Positions 9,056 to 18,371 of a stretch of DNA of 31,902 bases are shown piece by piece. Source of the stretch: a virus (taxonomy: Duplodnaviria; Caudoviricetes). A program made the translations under genes and the position numbers. How positions within the stretch are numbered: the first letter of the stretch is position 1; each line of letters opens with the position of its first letter. The notes beneath the pieces were generated by a model, which was not told the origin of the DNA, did not search any database, and saw only the letters and a list, made by a program, of their open reading frames with translations. The stretch spans positions 1 through 31,902 of IMG/VR virus record IMGVR_UViG_3300020042_007667, one strand, 5' to 3'.

Positions 9056-9661
9056 TTGGCGATAACAAACGGATATTGCACCCTTGCAGATGTAAAAGCA
9101 GCTTTACGCATTACAGACACTATTGACGATGCTCTACTTGAAAATAGCATTAATTCGGCTTCACGAATGATTGATCAATACTGCAACAGATACTTTTATT
9201 CAGGTTCGGCAGGTGAAGTTCGCTACTATCAGGCAAACGATGGTTTTATGTGTTGGATTGATGATGCACAAGCGATAACCGAGATTAAGACTTCTAGCAC
9301 TGATCCGCTTATCTTTGATACAACTTGGGAAGTAGGGGACTATCAGTTGCTAAACCCTAATCAACGTGCGAACGGATCTTACAGTCCCTATTATGCGATT
9401 ACTGCAACCGATAACTATTTGTTTCCTGTTTGGGCAGATATGGCGTTGGTGAAAGTTACTGGAACTTATGGTTGGGCAACTGTTCCAGAACCAATCAAGT
9501 TTGCTTGTATTATTCAGGCTTCAAGATTGTTTAAGCGTTTAGAATCTCCGCTGGGTGTTGCGGGTGTTTCAGACATTGGAATTATGCGTGTTGGTGCGAA
9601 CATTGATGGCGATGTTGCTCAACTAATTAATCCATACCGCCTGCTAAGAACTGGTGCTTAA
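9056..9661 (+). CDS. Head-tail connector/adaptor protein
   Basis: 'Y.TLADVKAAL...ASRMIDQYCNR.F', 'YGWATVPEPIKFAC'; AGGAG SD; position. Confidence 0.85.
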   Translation: MAITNGYCTLADVKAALRITDTIDDALLENSINSASRMIDQYCNRYFYSGSAGEVRYYQANDGFMCWIDDAQAITEIKTSSTDPLIFDTTWEVGDYQLLNPNQRANGSYSPYYAITATDNYLFPVWADMALVKVTGTYGWATVPEPIKFACIIQASRLFKRLESPLGVAGVSDIGIMRVGANIDGDVAQLINPYRLLRTGA

Positions 9662-10065
9662 TGGCTAGTATTAGTGAACTTAGACAAGGGCTTGCAACTA
9701 ACCTACAAACTATTTCTGGATTGCGTGTTATTGATACGCTCCCTGATCTAGTGAACCCGCCAATGGCAATGATTGGTTTGACGAAGGTTGCTTATAATCA
9801 ACAGAATCAGCGTTCAATGGCTGAATACACTTTTCAAGTTACTGTTGTTGTTGGAAGGGTTAGTGAGCGTACTGCTCAAGCCCTTTTAGATGTGTTGGTT
9901 GCACCTGGAATAGGTTCGGTCAAGTATGCGATTGAATCTGATCGCACTTTAGGTGGCAAGGCTTATGAAGTGTTTGTCCCTGAACTTTCAGCCTACGGAT
10001 CTGTGTCGCTCAACGGTATAGACTATTTGAGTGCCGAGTTTTCGGTACAAGTTTTCGCACAATAA
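9661..10065 (+). CDS. Putative tail terminator / neck protein
   Basis: Between adaptor and tail tube; 'AIESDRTLGG'; typical size. Confidence 0.6.
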   Translation: MASISELRQGLATNLQTISGLRVIDTLPDLVNPPMAMIGLTKVAYNQQNQRSMAEYTFQVTVVVGRVSERTAQALLDVLVAPGIGSVKYAIESDRTLGGKAYEVFVPELSAYGSVSLNGIDYLSAEFSVQVFAQ

Positions 10066-10080
10066 AAAAGGATAAATTGA

Positions 10081-10491
10081 ATGGCAATTTTCGTTGCAAC
10101 AGATTTTAGCGTTACAATCAACGGTTCAACTGCTCTATCTGCGTACCTTACTCAGGTTGAGTTAAAGACTTCTGCTAACGATGTAACTACTACCGCTTTT
10201 GGTAGTTCTTGGGTTACTCGTGTTGCAGGCTTGAAGGAAGGTTCTCTAACTTTAACTTTCAATCAAGATTATGCAACTTCAACAGTGGATGCTACTTTGT
10301 GGCCATTGCTAGGTACTGCAGCTACAGTGGTTGTAAAACCTACTTCAACTGCAGTTTCAGCAAGCAACCCTTCATACACAATCCCAGTTACAGTAATTGA
10401 TTACACCCCAGTTAGCGGACAGATTGGCGATCTAGCTACTTTCAGTATTACGCTTCCTACCAACGGTGCAGTTACGAGAGCCACAGCCTAA
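10081..10491 (+). CDS. Major tail (tube) protein
   Basis: Thr/Ser/Val-rich beta protein, 'VTTTAFG...AGLK', 'G.IGDLAT.S.T.P'; precedes tail chaperone. Confidence 0.8.
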   Translation: MAIFVATDFSVTINGSTALSAYLTQVELKTSANDVTTTAFGSSWVTRVAGLKEGSLTLTFNQDYATSTVDATLWPLLGTAATVVVKPTSTAVSASNPSYTIPVTVIDYTPVSGQIGDLATFSITLPTNGAVTRATA

Positions 10492-10742
10492 TGAATCAAC
10501 TATCCCTACGCATAGAGTTGACTGATGGCACTGTTATTGAAGTGCTTTCTTCTGCAAGTGATCTAGTGAAGTGGGAAGACCACTTTAACATTGGTATAGA
10601 TAAGTTGGAGAAGGTTACACACCTGCTTTATCTTGCTTGGCTTGCGGTTTTGAGATTGAAGAAAACTACGCAAGAGTTTGAGTTGTGGATTGATAGTGTT
10701 GCAAAAGTTGAGGTTGCAGACCCAAAAGATTTAACAGTTTAG
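10491..10742 (+). CDS. Tail assembly chaperone (gpG-like)
   Basis: Follows tail tube gene; slippery heptamer CCCAAAA at 10721-10727 near the 3' end. Confidence 0.8.
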   Translation: MNQLSLRIELTDGTVIEVLSSASDLVKWEDHFNIGIDKLEKVTHLLYLAWLAVLRLKKTTQEFELWIDSVAKVEVADPKDLTV

Positions 10743-10888
10743 GCGTTGACTCGCATCACTGGTTGATTGCTAATCTTGCTGTTGCTACAGGTATTGCCCC
10801 TTCTGTTTTGATGCAGGAAACTGATCGGATGTTGAATACTATGTTGTTTGCGTTGCAGTATCAGCGGAGTGGTGAAGATGGCGAATAG
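10727..10888 (+). CDS. -1 frameshift extension of tail assembly chaperone (gpGT-like)
   Basis: The -1 frame after C CCA AAA is open for 53 codons: RFNSLGVDSHHWLIANLAVATGIAPSVLMQETDRMLNTMLFALQYQRSGEDGE*. Confidence 0.8.
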   Translation, partial: RFNSLGVDSHHWLIANLAVATGIAPSVLMQETDRMLNTMLFALQYQRSGEDGE

Positions 10889-11441
10889 TTCTGTCGTTTA
10901 TGACGTAAAAGGTCTCATTAAAGATTTAAATGCTCTTGAACCAGGTTTAAAAAAAGAGATGGTTCGTGAAGCAAAAGATATTGCTAAACCAATTGCTTCC
11001 AACATTAAACAAGCAATTCCTGCAACTGCACCCTTATCAGGTATGACTATGACGAAAAATCCTTCTGGAAGGCTTGCTTGGGGTGCAGGTAAACCTGCTA
11101 ATCAAGTTTCCATTCGTTTTAGATCTGGTAGATCTAGATCTAGAGCAATTACACCTTTACTTTCTATTTGGGTTACTTCACCTATGACCGCTATTGCAGA
11201 TATCGCTGGTAAGGGTTCTATGCGTAAGGCTAAAAAGGTTACCAGTGAATATGCGTATAAGGATGGCACTAGAAGTCATAAGGTTTCAAGTCAGGGCAGA
11301 ATTATGATTGCTCGTTTGCGTGAACGTAATTCAAATGATTTTATTTATCCTGCCGTTGGTGATTCTATTGATGATGCCGAAGTAAGAGTAAAATTGGTTA
11401 TAAATAAGTATGCCAAAAAGGTGAACAGGAAGTTAGGCTGA
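10878..11441 (+). CDS. Putative tail completion protein (HK97 gp10-like)
   Basis: Basic protein, 'VKGLIKDLNALEP', C-terminal 'FIYPAV'; start moved to ATG 10878. Confidence 0.55.
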   Translation: MANSSVVYDVKGLIKDLNALEPGLKKEMVREAKDIAKPIASNIKQAIPATAPLSGMTMTKNPSGRLAWGAGKPANQVSIRFRSGRSRSRAITPLLSIWVTSPMTAIADIAGKGSMRKAKKVTSEYAYKDGTRSHKVSSQGRIMIARLRERNSNDFIYPAVGDSIDDAEVRVKLVINKYAKKVNRKLG

Positions 11442-12802
11442 TGTCCGTAATTGTTAAACTCTTATCTAAGTTTGATGACTCAGGCTTAAAGAAAGCAAAG
11501 TCAGGTTTTGGTGGGCTAACTAAAACTCTTGGTGCTATTGGTATTGGTGTTGGTCTAAAGCAACTAACCGATGTTTTGTTAGATGCAGCTAAAGCTGCAG
11601 CTGCCGATGAGAAAAGCACTCGTCTTCTAAATATTCAGTTGACTCGTAACGCTGGTGCAACGGCCGCTTCCCTAAAAGAAAACGATAAATTTATAGAATC
11701 CTTATCCCTTCAAACAGGAATTATGGATGACGATCTTAGACCTGCGATGGCAAGGTTTGGTAACGTAACAGGAAACGTAAAGCAAGCACAAAAACTTCTC
11801 AAGATTTCCTTAGATGGATCGGCTGGGTCGGGAAAGAATATTGAAGCCGTTTCAAAGGCTGTTTCAAAGGCATATTCAGGAAATACGACATCACTAAAAA
11901 AGATGTTTCCTGAATTATCAAAGAGCAAAGATGTTTTAGGTGATTTTGCTAAAACTTATGAAGGCTTAGCTGAAGAAAACGCTGATCCGTTTATGAAGTT
12001 CAACAATAGTATGGACATTTTGAAAGAGAAACTAGGTGCAGTTGTTTTACCTATTTTGCTTGATTTTATTGATGAGATAAGTAAACCAGGTGGGGCGATT
12101 GAAGTTGTAGGGCAATTCTTTGATGACCTTGCTAACCCTAAGTCTGATGCAGGTAAAACTTTTGAAGACATTAAAAAGGCTGTTGGAGAAGTTATTGAGA
12201 GTGTAAAAACTTTCTTCGGCTATTTTGGTGATGGTGATGCTATTCAAGGTTTTAAGAATATTGCTACGAGCCTTATAACTATGTTGCCTGCGTTGCTTGC
12301 ACTTAAGGGAATTATGGTTCTTGCTAATGCAGGAAAGACTGTTGCAAATCTGGTTGCAGCTATGACTGCAATCTCTGCAAAGAGTGCCGTTACAGGTGGT
12401 GGAGATAGCCCGTTTGCTTGGTTTGGAAAACTTGGGCCTAAGATGCTTAAATTCTTAAAAGTTGCTGGGCCACTTGCGACTGTTGCAACTGTTTTAAGTT
12501 TGTCTGGAGATACTAAACAGGAGACACCTGAAGAAAAAGAAAAACGACTAGCTAAGTCAAAGATAGATAAAGAAAATTTGAAAAAGAATGCAGGAAAAAT
12601 TCCTGGTTTGATATCAATGCCTTATAATCAACCAAGTTTTTTTAGCCCTAAACCTACTACTCAAAATAATGTAACTAACAACATCACTATCAATGCTCCT
12701 AATGTTGATGGAAAAGTAATTGTTGATGGAATGGGTAAATACATAAAAGCCAATGGTAGTTTGCCGTTTAATCTTGCAACTGCTGGTAAGTCTGGCAGAT
12801 AA
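11441..12802 (+). CDS. Tape measure protein (short, 453 aa)
   Basis: Ala/Gly/Lys-rich helical protein in the tail module; 'DDDLRPA' and C-terminal 'NNITINAP'. Confidence 0.8.
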   Translation: MSVIVKLLSKFDDSGLKKAKSGFGGLTKTLGAIGIGVGLKQLTDVLLDAAKAAAADEKSTRLLNIQLTRNAGATAASLKENDKFIESLSLQTGIMDDDLRPAMARFGNVTGNVKQAQKLLKISLDGSAGSGKNIEAVSKAVSKAYSGNTTSLKKMFPELSKSKDVLGDFAKTYEGLAEENADPFMKFNNSMDILKEKLGAVVLPILLDFIDEISKPGGAIEVVGQFFDDLANPKSDAGKTFEDIKKAVGEVIESVKTFFGYFGDGDAIQGFKNIATSLITMLPALLALKGIMVLANAGKTVANLVAAMTAISAKSAVTGGGDSPFAWFGKLGPKMLKFLKVAGPLATVATVLSLSGDTKQETPEEKEKRLAKSKIDKENLKKNAGKIPGLISMPYNQPSFFSPKPTTQNNVTNNITINAPNVDGKVIVDGMGKYIKANGSLPFNLATAGKSGR

Positions 12803-14643
12803 TGCCTTTGCCTACCTATGTTGTTGAACTCCAATTTGGTGCGAGTTCGTATGTTGATGTAACACAATACGTTCAATCTGTTTCTATTAGTCGTGGTATC
12901 AATCGTGTTTTAGATGACTTTTCTGCAGGTTCGTTGAGTATTACTTTTGTAAATAATAGTCGTGTCTTTGATCCGCTAAACACTAGCAGTCCGCTTTGGT
13001 ATGGTGCGGGTGGCTATACAATGGTGCAACCTGCAGGACAGATTAGGGTTAGCAGTAATGGCATTAGACGTTTTACAGGTTATGTTCAGACTTGGGATTT
13101 TAGTTATAGTGATTCTGGTTTTGATGGACAGGCAACTGTTACTGCTTTAGATTTCTTGTACAGGGTCAGTAATGCCACTTTTACTGGTGGTACACAATAC
13201 GAAGTTGAAGCAACGAGTGATCGCATCAAGTCTGTTATGAAGGCTAATGGTTTTGGTACTGCCACTTATGCGGATGTTTATGGTGGTCATACATTGGTTG
13301 GTTATGACGAGAATTTGCCTGGAGATAACGTCTTGAGTTATTTACAAAATCTTGCTCGTAGTGAACCTGCAGATTTTTTTAGCAATGCTTCAGCAAATAT
13401 GGAGATGAAGGATCGTAGTTTTACAAACTATGTTTGGAATAATACGAGCAGATACAACTTTGTTAGTTATCCTTCTACAGCAACAATTCAGACAGAACCT
13501 GCAGTTGCAGGTGTGCCACGCACTGGTTGGACTTTGATTGGAACGCAGGCTACTGCGACTACAAGTGCTTATGGTGGTTTTGTTTGGCGTGGTGGAACTG
13601 TTGCTGATCCATTTGTGCCAACAGATAGTTTTGTTGGTTTTGTTTATGAAGACTATAACCCAACAAGATATGTAAATACTGGTGGAACATATACTTTTGC
13701 AGGTTTGATTCGTGGCGTGGCTGGCAACTTTGATATAAGTCTTTTCACCTTAGATTCACAGGGTCAGGCTGAAGGTATTGCAGCTTCAACAGTTGTTTCT
13801 TCTCCATCTTCAACTGCTTGGAACGCTTTTACTATTACAAAAGTTGCAGCTTCTACGGCTACTGTTTATGGTGTTGCAGCTTACGCAACTATTTCAGGTG
13901 GTAGCACTTATAGCGTTATTGGTGATGGTTTTATTATTGAGCCTGCAGGCACTAGCGTAAATTATTTTGATGGTGATTGGAATCCTTATGCAGGGATGAC
14001 TTCGGCTTCTACCGCCTATGAGATTGCTTGGGCAGGCACACCTAGAGAAACTCAATCAGGGCTTCTAACAAGCGTTGCTAGTGCTATTACTGCACCTGCA
14101 GTTTATTCATTTGCAGCTGGTAATGCTCAATCAACTTTCAATGGAACAGCAATTTACTTTACTGATTTACAGGTTGTTTATGGATCAGAGCAACTTTACA
14201 ATGATGTTCAAGTTGTGGGTATAAATGCTACGGCTGTTACTGAAGACACGACAAGTCAATCTTTGTATGGTTTGCGTGGTTATAGTCAAACAGATAATTT
14301 AACTACTTCTACAACTAAGCCTGCAGAGATTGCTTCAGCGTTTCTAGGTGAGTTTAGGTTGCCAGAATATAGGGCTGAACAGATGACTATTGCTTTAGAA
14401 GCGTTATCTACGGCTCATCAAAACATTGTTTTAGGTATTGAAATCCGTGATGTTGTTAGGGTTGCTTTTCAACCATCTGCTACTGGTGCGAATGTTGATA
14501 AGTATTATCAGGTTTTAGGTATAAATGCTAATGCCGATGTTGAGCGTGATGCGATCACCTTTAATCTTGCTTCGCTAGACAACCTACCGTTTAGACTTGA
14601 TTCAACGTTCTTAGGCATTTTAGACACAGATACTTTGGCATAG
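12802..14643 (+). CDS. Minor tail / tail-tip hub protein
   Basis: 'DVTQYVQSVSISRG...DDFSAG...FDPLN' N-terminus, 'FRLDSTFLGILD' C-terminus; follows TMP. Confidence 0.75.
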   Translation: MPLPTYVVELQFGASSYVDVTQYVQSVSISRGINRVLDDFSAGSLSITFVNNSRVFDPLNTSSPLWYGAGGYTMVQPAGQIRVSSNGIRRFTGYVQTWDFSYSDSGFDGQATVTALDFLYRVSNATFTGGTQYEVEATSDRIKSVMKANGFGTATYADVYGGHTLVGYDENLPGDNVLSYLQNLARSEPADFFSNASANMEMKDRSFTNYVWNNTSRYNFVSYPSTATIQTEPAVAGVPRTGWTLIGTQATATTSAYGGFVWRGGTVADPFVPTDSFVGFVYEDYNPTRYVNTGGTYTFAGLIRGVAGNFDISLFTLDSQGQAEGIAASTVVSSPSSTAWNAFTITKVAASTATVYGVAAYATISGGSTYSVIGDGFIIEPAGTSVNYFDGDWNPYAGMTSASTAYEIAWAGTPRETQSGLLTSVASAITAPAVYSFAAGNAQSTFNGTAIYFTDLQVVYGSEQLYNDVQVVGINATAVTEDTTSQSLYGLRGYSQTDNLTTSTTKPAEIASAFLGEFRLPEYRAEQMTIALEALSTAHQNIVLGIEIRDVVRVAFQPSATGANVDKYYQVLGINANADVERDAITFNLASLDNLPFRLDSTFLGILDTDTLA

Positions 14644-14669
14644 TAAAATAAGGGTTTAGGAGAAAAATT

Positions 14670-15020
14670 ATGGCAGGCACTAAAGTTTGGACTATCGGTG
14701 AAGTTCTTACCGCTTCATCGTTGAACGGCAATTTTGATAAGTTGCCTTACGCATCTTCAGCGTTCACTTATACACAGGTTGCAACTATTGCAGCTAACGG
14801 TACTGCTTTGACTGCGGTAGCGTTTCCTGCATCAAGATTTGCGGTTGCTCCGCTAGTTACTGTTTCTAGTAGATCTAACGTGTTGACTGCATACATTTCT
14901 GCGGTTACTTCAGGGACAGTTACTGTTGGTCTTTGCAACAATGGTGCATCTACTTCTGCAGCTAACGTGATTGTGTCTGGTATTGCGTTGCAGATGACTT
15001 CTGGAACAGCTGCAGGTTAA
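14670..15020 (+). CDS. Small tail fibre / minor tail protein
   Basis: 'W..GEVLTA..LN' N-terminal motif typical of actinophage minor tail proteins; 'VAFPASRFAVAPLVTVS'. Confidence 0.65.
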   Translation: MAGTKVWTIGEVLTASSLNGNFDKLPYASSAFTYTQVATIAANGTALTAVAFPASRFAVAPLVTVSSRSNVLTAYISAVTSGTVTVGLCNNGASTSAANVIVSGIALQMTSGTAAG

Positions 15021-15028
15021 GGGGAGAG

Positions 15029-15145
15029 ATGATTACTTGTAAAACTGATAACTGTCCTATGGGAGATGAGAAACATTATCCGCATCCTGATGGTATTCCT
15101 GTTGTGTGTTGTTTTTGTGGTGTGGAGATGACCGAAAGTGTCTGA
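15029..15145 (+). CDS. Small Cys-rich protein (38 aa, MITCKTDNCPMGDEKHYPHPDGIPVVCCFCGVEMTESV)
   Basis: Not in the ORF track. GGGGAG SD, ATG 15029, CxxxxC...CxxC; stop overlaps next gene. Confidence 0.65.
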   Translation: MITCKTDNCPMGDEKHYPHPDGIPVVCCFCGVEMTESV

Positions 15146-15365
15146 ACAGAAACCGACGAACCAAACCTTGTTGTTGCAGATTGTGCGAGACATTGAAATT
15201 CTAAAAACACAGGGTTTACAAATTCTTGAAGCATCTAGAGATCACGAAAACAGGATCAGGGATCTAGAGAAACAAGCAAACACTACTGCTTGGATTCCTG
15301 CTTTGATTACAGCGGTCATTACTAGCGGACTTGTGTTGCTCATTACTAAGGGTTTAGGGTTCTAA
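15138..15365 (+). CDS. Coiled-coil membrane protein of the lysis region
   Basis: 'DHENRIRDLEK' coiled coil plus C-terminal TM helix, directly upstream of the endolysin. Confidence 0.6.
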   Translation: MSEQKPTNQTLLLQIVRDIEILKTQGLQILEASRDHENRIRDLEKQANTTAWIPALITAVITSGLVLLITKGLGF

Positions 15366-15385
15366 GCGTTTAGTAAACTAACGTT

Positions 15386-15847
15386 ATGACCACAAAATAC
15401 TTTGAACCATTCCCGCCTGCTACTCGTAATGATGAGTTTGGTAACCTAGCCCCTTACCGTAATGGCAGACCGCATCGTGGTCAAGACTGGTCTCCTAAAG
15501 AACTTTCACCTATCAAGGCAATCACTGATGGCACTGTGTTTATCAATGAGTGGAGTGATGTTTTAGGTTGGTTTATTGTTCACTCTGCTAAAGATGGTTA
15601 TTGGGTTCTTTATGCTCACTTGGCGAAACAGTCAGACCTGGTCAAGGGCGATAAGGTTATTGGCGGTAAAACTGTGTTAGGTAAAACTGGTGGTGGCAAA
15701 TACAAGAGTGGATCCGCAAGCACAGGATCGCATCTTCATCTTAGTATTGGTAAAGCAAACAAGGCTTGGAGTAATCCTGAAATACATTTGTGTGCATACA
15801 AAGATTTGATTGATCCGCTTAAACACATACTAGAAAATAAAGGTTGA
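15386..15847 (+). CDS. M23 family peptidase, putative endolysin
   Basis: 'HRGQD', 'YAHL', 'STGSHLHL' zinc-binding motifs. Confidence 0.9.
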   Translation: MTTKYFEPFPPATRNDEFGNLAPYRNGRPHRGQDWSPKELSPIKAITDGTVFINEWSDVLGWFIVHSAKDGYWVLYAHLAKQSDLVKGDKVIGGKTVLGKTGGGKYKSGSASTGSHLHLSIGKANKAWSNPEIHLCAYKDLIDPLKHILENKG

Positions 15848-15849
15848 AA

Positions 15850-16146
15850 ATGAAAAATGTTATTATTGCCAGAATGAAGGCTGTTGCAAGCGTGTTAGGT
15901 GAACTTGCTTGGCGTGGGTTCGGTATCTTCCTGTTTATCTTGGGTGGATCTGCAGGTGTAGGTGCAGCTCTTACTGGTTCTTGGTTAAACGGTGTTGCGG
16001 TTGCTTGGGGAACTTTGATGTTGAGCGTTGTAGCTGCGGTAGGTTATGCGATTGCCACTACTGGTACTGCAACTCGTGAAACTGTTGCTAAGGGTGCTAA
16101 CGATGCTATCCAAAAAGCAGAGAAAACGGCAGATAAGGCTAAATAG
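15850..16146 (+). CDS. Putative holin
   Basis: Two hydrophobic helices and a charged C-terminal tail, directly after the endolysin. Confidence 0.55.
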   Translation: MKNVIIARMKAVASVLGELAWRGFGIFLFILGGSAGVGAALTGSWLNGVAVAWGTLMLSVVAAVGYAIATTGTATRETVAKGANDAIQKAEKTADKAK

Positions 16147-16217
16147 GGCTTTTAGCGTATAGATACTTGTATTTATAGGTAAAAGGTGTGTAGCGGGCTT
16201 ACAGCGATGTTTTAGGG

Positions 16218-16508
16218 CTAATCCTGTTCATAACGGCGTATTTTTCTACGCTGTTCAGGCGTAGTTCCACCCCAGATACCGTATTCTTCAAACATACCTA
16301 CTTTTAGGCATTTATCTATTACAGGACATTTCATACAAATTGCTCTAGCAGTTTCTATTGCTTCAGTTTTTAGACGATTATCGCCTATTCCAAAATCTTC
16401 AGGAAAAAAGATTTCAGGCACTTTCTCGCACTCAACGCCATCTAAATCTGTGATTGCTTCGTGCAGATCTAAAGTTATTCGGTTTAGTAGTAATTTGTCG
16501 GTGGTCAT
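16218..16508 (-). CDS. whiB: WhiB-family transcription factor
   Basis: Four Cys (C..FFP, AICxxC, C) and 'GIWGG.T...RR' signature; only convincing minus-strand gene. Confidence 0.93.
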   Translation of the reverse strand: MTTDKLLLNRITLDLHEAITDLDGVECEKVPEIFFPEDFGIGDNRLKTEAIETARAICMKCPVIDKCLKVGMFEEYGIWGGTTPEQRRKIRRYEQD

Positions 16509-16523
16509 AGTTAGAGTTTAGGT
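16509..16523. promoter_or_regulatory. Overlapping divergent -10 elements for leaderless whiB and yqaJ transcripts
   Basis: + strand TAGAGT (16512-17)-N6-ATG; - strand TAAACT (16520-15)-N6-ATG. Confidence 0.65.
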
Positions 16524-17408
16524 ATGAATAAAGACAAAATACAGGAAATCCTAGACAAAGCAATTTCTTTAGGAAACTTTCAAAATAACTCACCTGAATG
16601 GCATCAACTACGAAATCAAGTAGGCGTTATTTCAGGATCAGAGATCGGCACTATTCTTGGTCTTTCACCCTGGACAAGTGCAATCACTTTATGGGCTGAG
16701 AAAACTGGCAAGGTTGAGCGACCTAAGATCGGCAATACTGCGATGCGTTTAGGGACACTTGTTGAACCTGCAATTCGTCAACTTTATCAAGAGCAACATC
16801 CAGATCATACTGTTGTTGAAGTAGGCACATATGCATCTAAAGAGTTTGATTGGATGCACAGTAATCCAGATGGCATTTGTTTAGATGAACAGGGCAACGG
16901 ATACATTTTAGAAATCAAACATACTGCGACTTATTGGGATAGTATTCCCGAACATTATAAGGCTCAAGTGTTTTGGTATATGTATGTTTTTGATTTGAAA
17001 CGTGCAGTTTTTGCTGTAGTCAATGCAGGCAGATACAAAGAATACGAGTTGCTCTGGGATGATTTTGAGTTTGATGCAATGCTTCAGCAAGTTAATAAGT
17101 TTCGTAAATATGTCTTGGATAATGTTCAGCCTGATTGGGATGGATCAGAGTCAACGTATGAAACCGTTAGACAACTCTCTCCTGATGTTGAAGCGAGAGA
17201 TGAAGAACTAGGTTTGTTGGGGATTGAACTTATGAACGCTCAAACAGATTTTGATAAGGCTGAAACGCATCTGCGTGAAATGAAGTCTAGAGTTATTGGT
17301 GCTTTAAATGGTGCTAAGAATGGTTGCATTGATGGGCAGGTTGTAGTTACATTAAGTCAACGATCAGGGAACGCCCCTTATCTAACAATAAAGAAAGCGA
17401 AACAATGA
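16524..17408 (+). CDS. YqaJ-like (RecE/lambda-exo type) exonuclease
   Basis: 'EW...R...ISGSE', 'G...EP.I', 'NPDG', 'LEIK', 'IPEHY..QV..YM'. Confidence 0.92.
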   Translation: MNKDKIQEILDKAISLGNFQNNSPEWHQLRNQVGVISGSEIGTILGLSPWTSAITLWAEKTGKVERPKIGNTAMRLGTLVEPAIRQLYQEQHPDHTVVEVGTYASKEFDWMHSNPDGICLDEQGNGYILEIKHTATYWDSIPEHYKAQVFWYMYVFDLKRAVFAVVNAGRYKEYELLWDDFEFDAMLQQVNKFRKYVLDNVQPDWDGSESTYETVRQLSPDVEARDEELGLLGIELMNAQTDFDKAETHLREMKSRVIGALNGAKNGCIDGQVVVTLSQRSGNAPYLTIKKAKQ

Positions 17409-17599
17409 GCGAAAACAAAACTAAAAGATACAACTTTAAAGCGTTTGTATTTGGTAATAAGAATGACGTGAATTTGTTTATTGAAAATGCGACAAGCGAA
17501 TACGGCTATAACGTCAAGTTTGAAATTGAACTTACACCTGAAGAACGTCAAGAACTAATTACCGCAATACTTACTGCAACTAGACCAGGAGATAACTAA
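17405..17599 (+). CDS. Hypothetical protein
   Basis: ORF coupled to both neighbours (ATGA, TAATG). Confidence 0.65.
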   Translation: MSENKTKRYNFKAFVFGNKNDVNLFIENATSEYGYNVKFEIELTPEERQELITAILTATRPGDN

Positions 17600-18108
17600 T
17601 GGCTCACTTTAATCTTGCAGAATATCAAACCGTTCAAGAAAGAGTGGATCTGTTTTGGAGCAGATACGACAAAGGCAGATTTAATCTTGAACTTATTTCT
17701 ATCACGCCTGAACAAGTTGTTTTTAAGGCTGAAGTGTATTTGCATAAAGACGATCTTTATCCTGCGACCGTTGATTACGCTGAAGAACGTTTAGGTAGTT
17801 CACCTGTAAACAAGACTTCGTTTGTTGAGAATTGTGCTACTTCTGCACTTGGTAGAGCAATCTCAATGCTTGGCGGTGAATTTAGCCCTAAAGGTAAAAG
17901 ACCTTCACAGCAAGAGATGAGTAAAGTAGCAAGATTAAGCAATCCTGAAACTGCTCGTAACTGGAATAGTGCGTTAGATAACATAAACGACATTGAAGGT
18001 TTGCGATCTCTTTACAACGAAGCGAAACAGGGTAAAGCACCTACTGCTATTCTGGAAGCAATTAAGGGTAAGGCTGATGGAATCACAGGAAATAAGACTG
18101 CAGGTTGA
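17599..18108 (+). CDS. Putative single-strand annealing protein (Sak/Rad52-like)
   Basis: Near YqaJ; 'Y.TV.ER...F', 'VENCATSALGRA'; GGAG SD. Confidence 0.6.
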   Translation: MAHFNLAEYQTVQERVDLFWSRYDKGRFNLELISITPEQVVFKAEVYLHKDDLYPATVDYAEERLGSSPVNKTSFVENCATSALGRAISMLGGEFSPKGKRPSQQEMSKVARLSNPETARNWNSALDNINDIEGLRSLYNEAKQGKAPTAILEAIKGKADGITGNKTAG

Positions 18109-18247
18109 TGTTCTAAAAGCGAACATTGCTGAACTAACTGAGTTGATGCTCGTGTTGGGTGAATACCCTACGACTAGGGGTGCAGTGATTGTTCGCCTTG
18201 TTGAGCAGACTAATCGCCTAAATATGCTTGAAAATAGCGGATTTTAG
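18077..18247 (+). CDS. Hypothetical protein
   Basis: ATG 18077 with AAGG upstream; 56 aa. Confidence 0.5.
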   Translation: MESQEIRLQVDVLKANIAELTELMLVLGEYPTTRGAVIVRLVEQTNRLNMLENSGF

Positions 18248-18252
18248 GCTTT

Positions 18253-18366
18253 ATAACGCTTAGATAACAACTGCGACACGCCCATAAAATAAAGTTGCAT
18301 TATTTGCCTGTTTAGGTGTAATCTAAATACATAAGGCAGAAAGCCTAAATCGGACAAACGAAGGAA
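18253..18366 (+). promoter_or_regulatory. Promoter module copy 1 (ATAAC repeats, GCGACACGCC, TTGCAT-N18-TAATCT, hairpin, ATCGGACAAACGAAGGA)
   Basis: Architecture repeated at 25331-25453. Confidence 0.8.
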
Positions 18367-18371
18367 CGAAA

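Noticed and set aside
11121-11144. AGATCT x3 tandem
   Set aside because: In frame, encoding RSGRSRSR in a basic protein; explained by codon use.
12802-15020. Diversity-generating retroelement targeting tail genes
   Set aside because: No reverse transcriptase and no template/variable repeat pair were seen.
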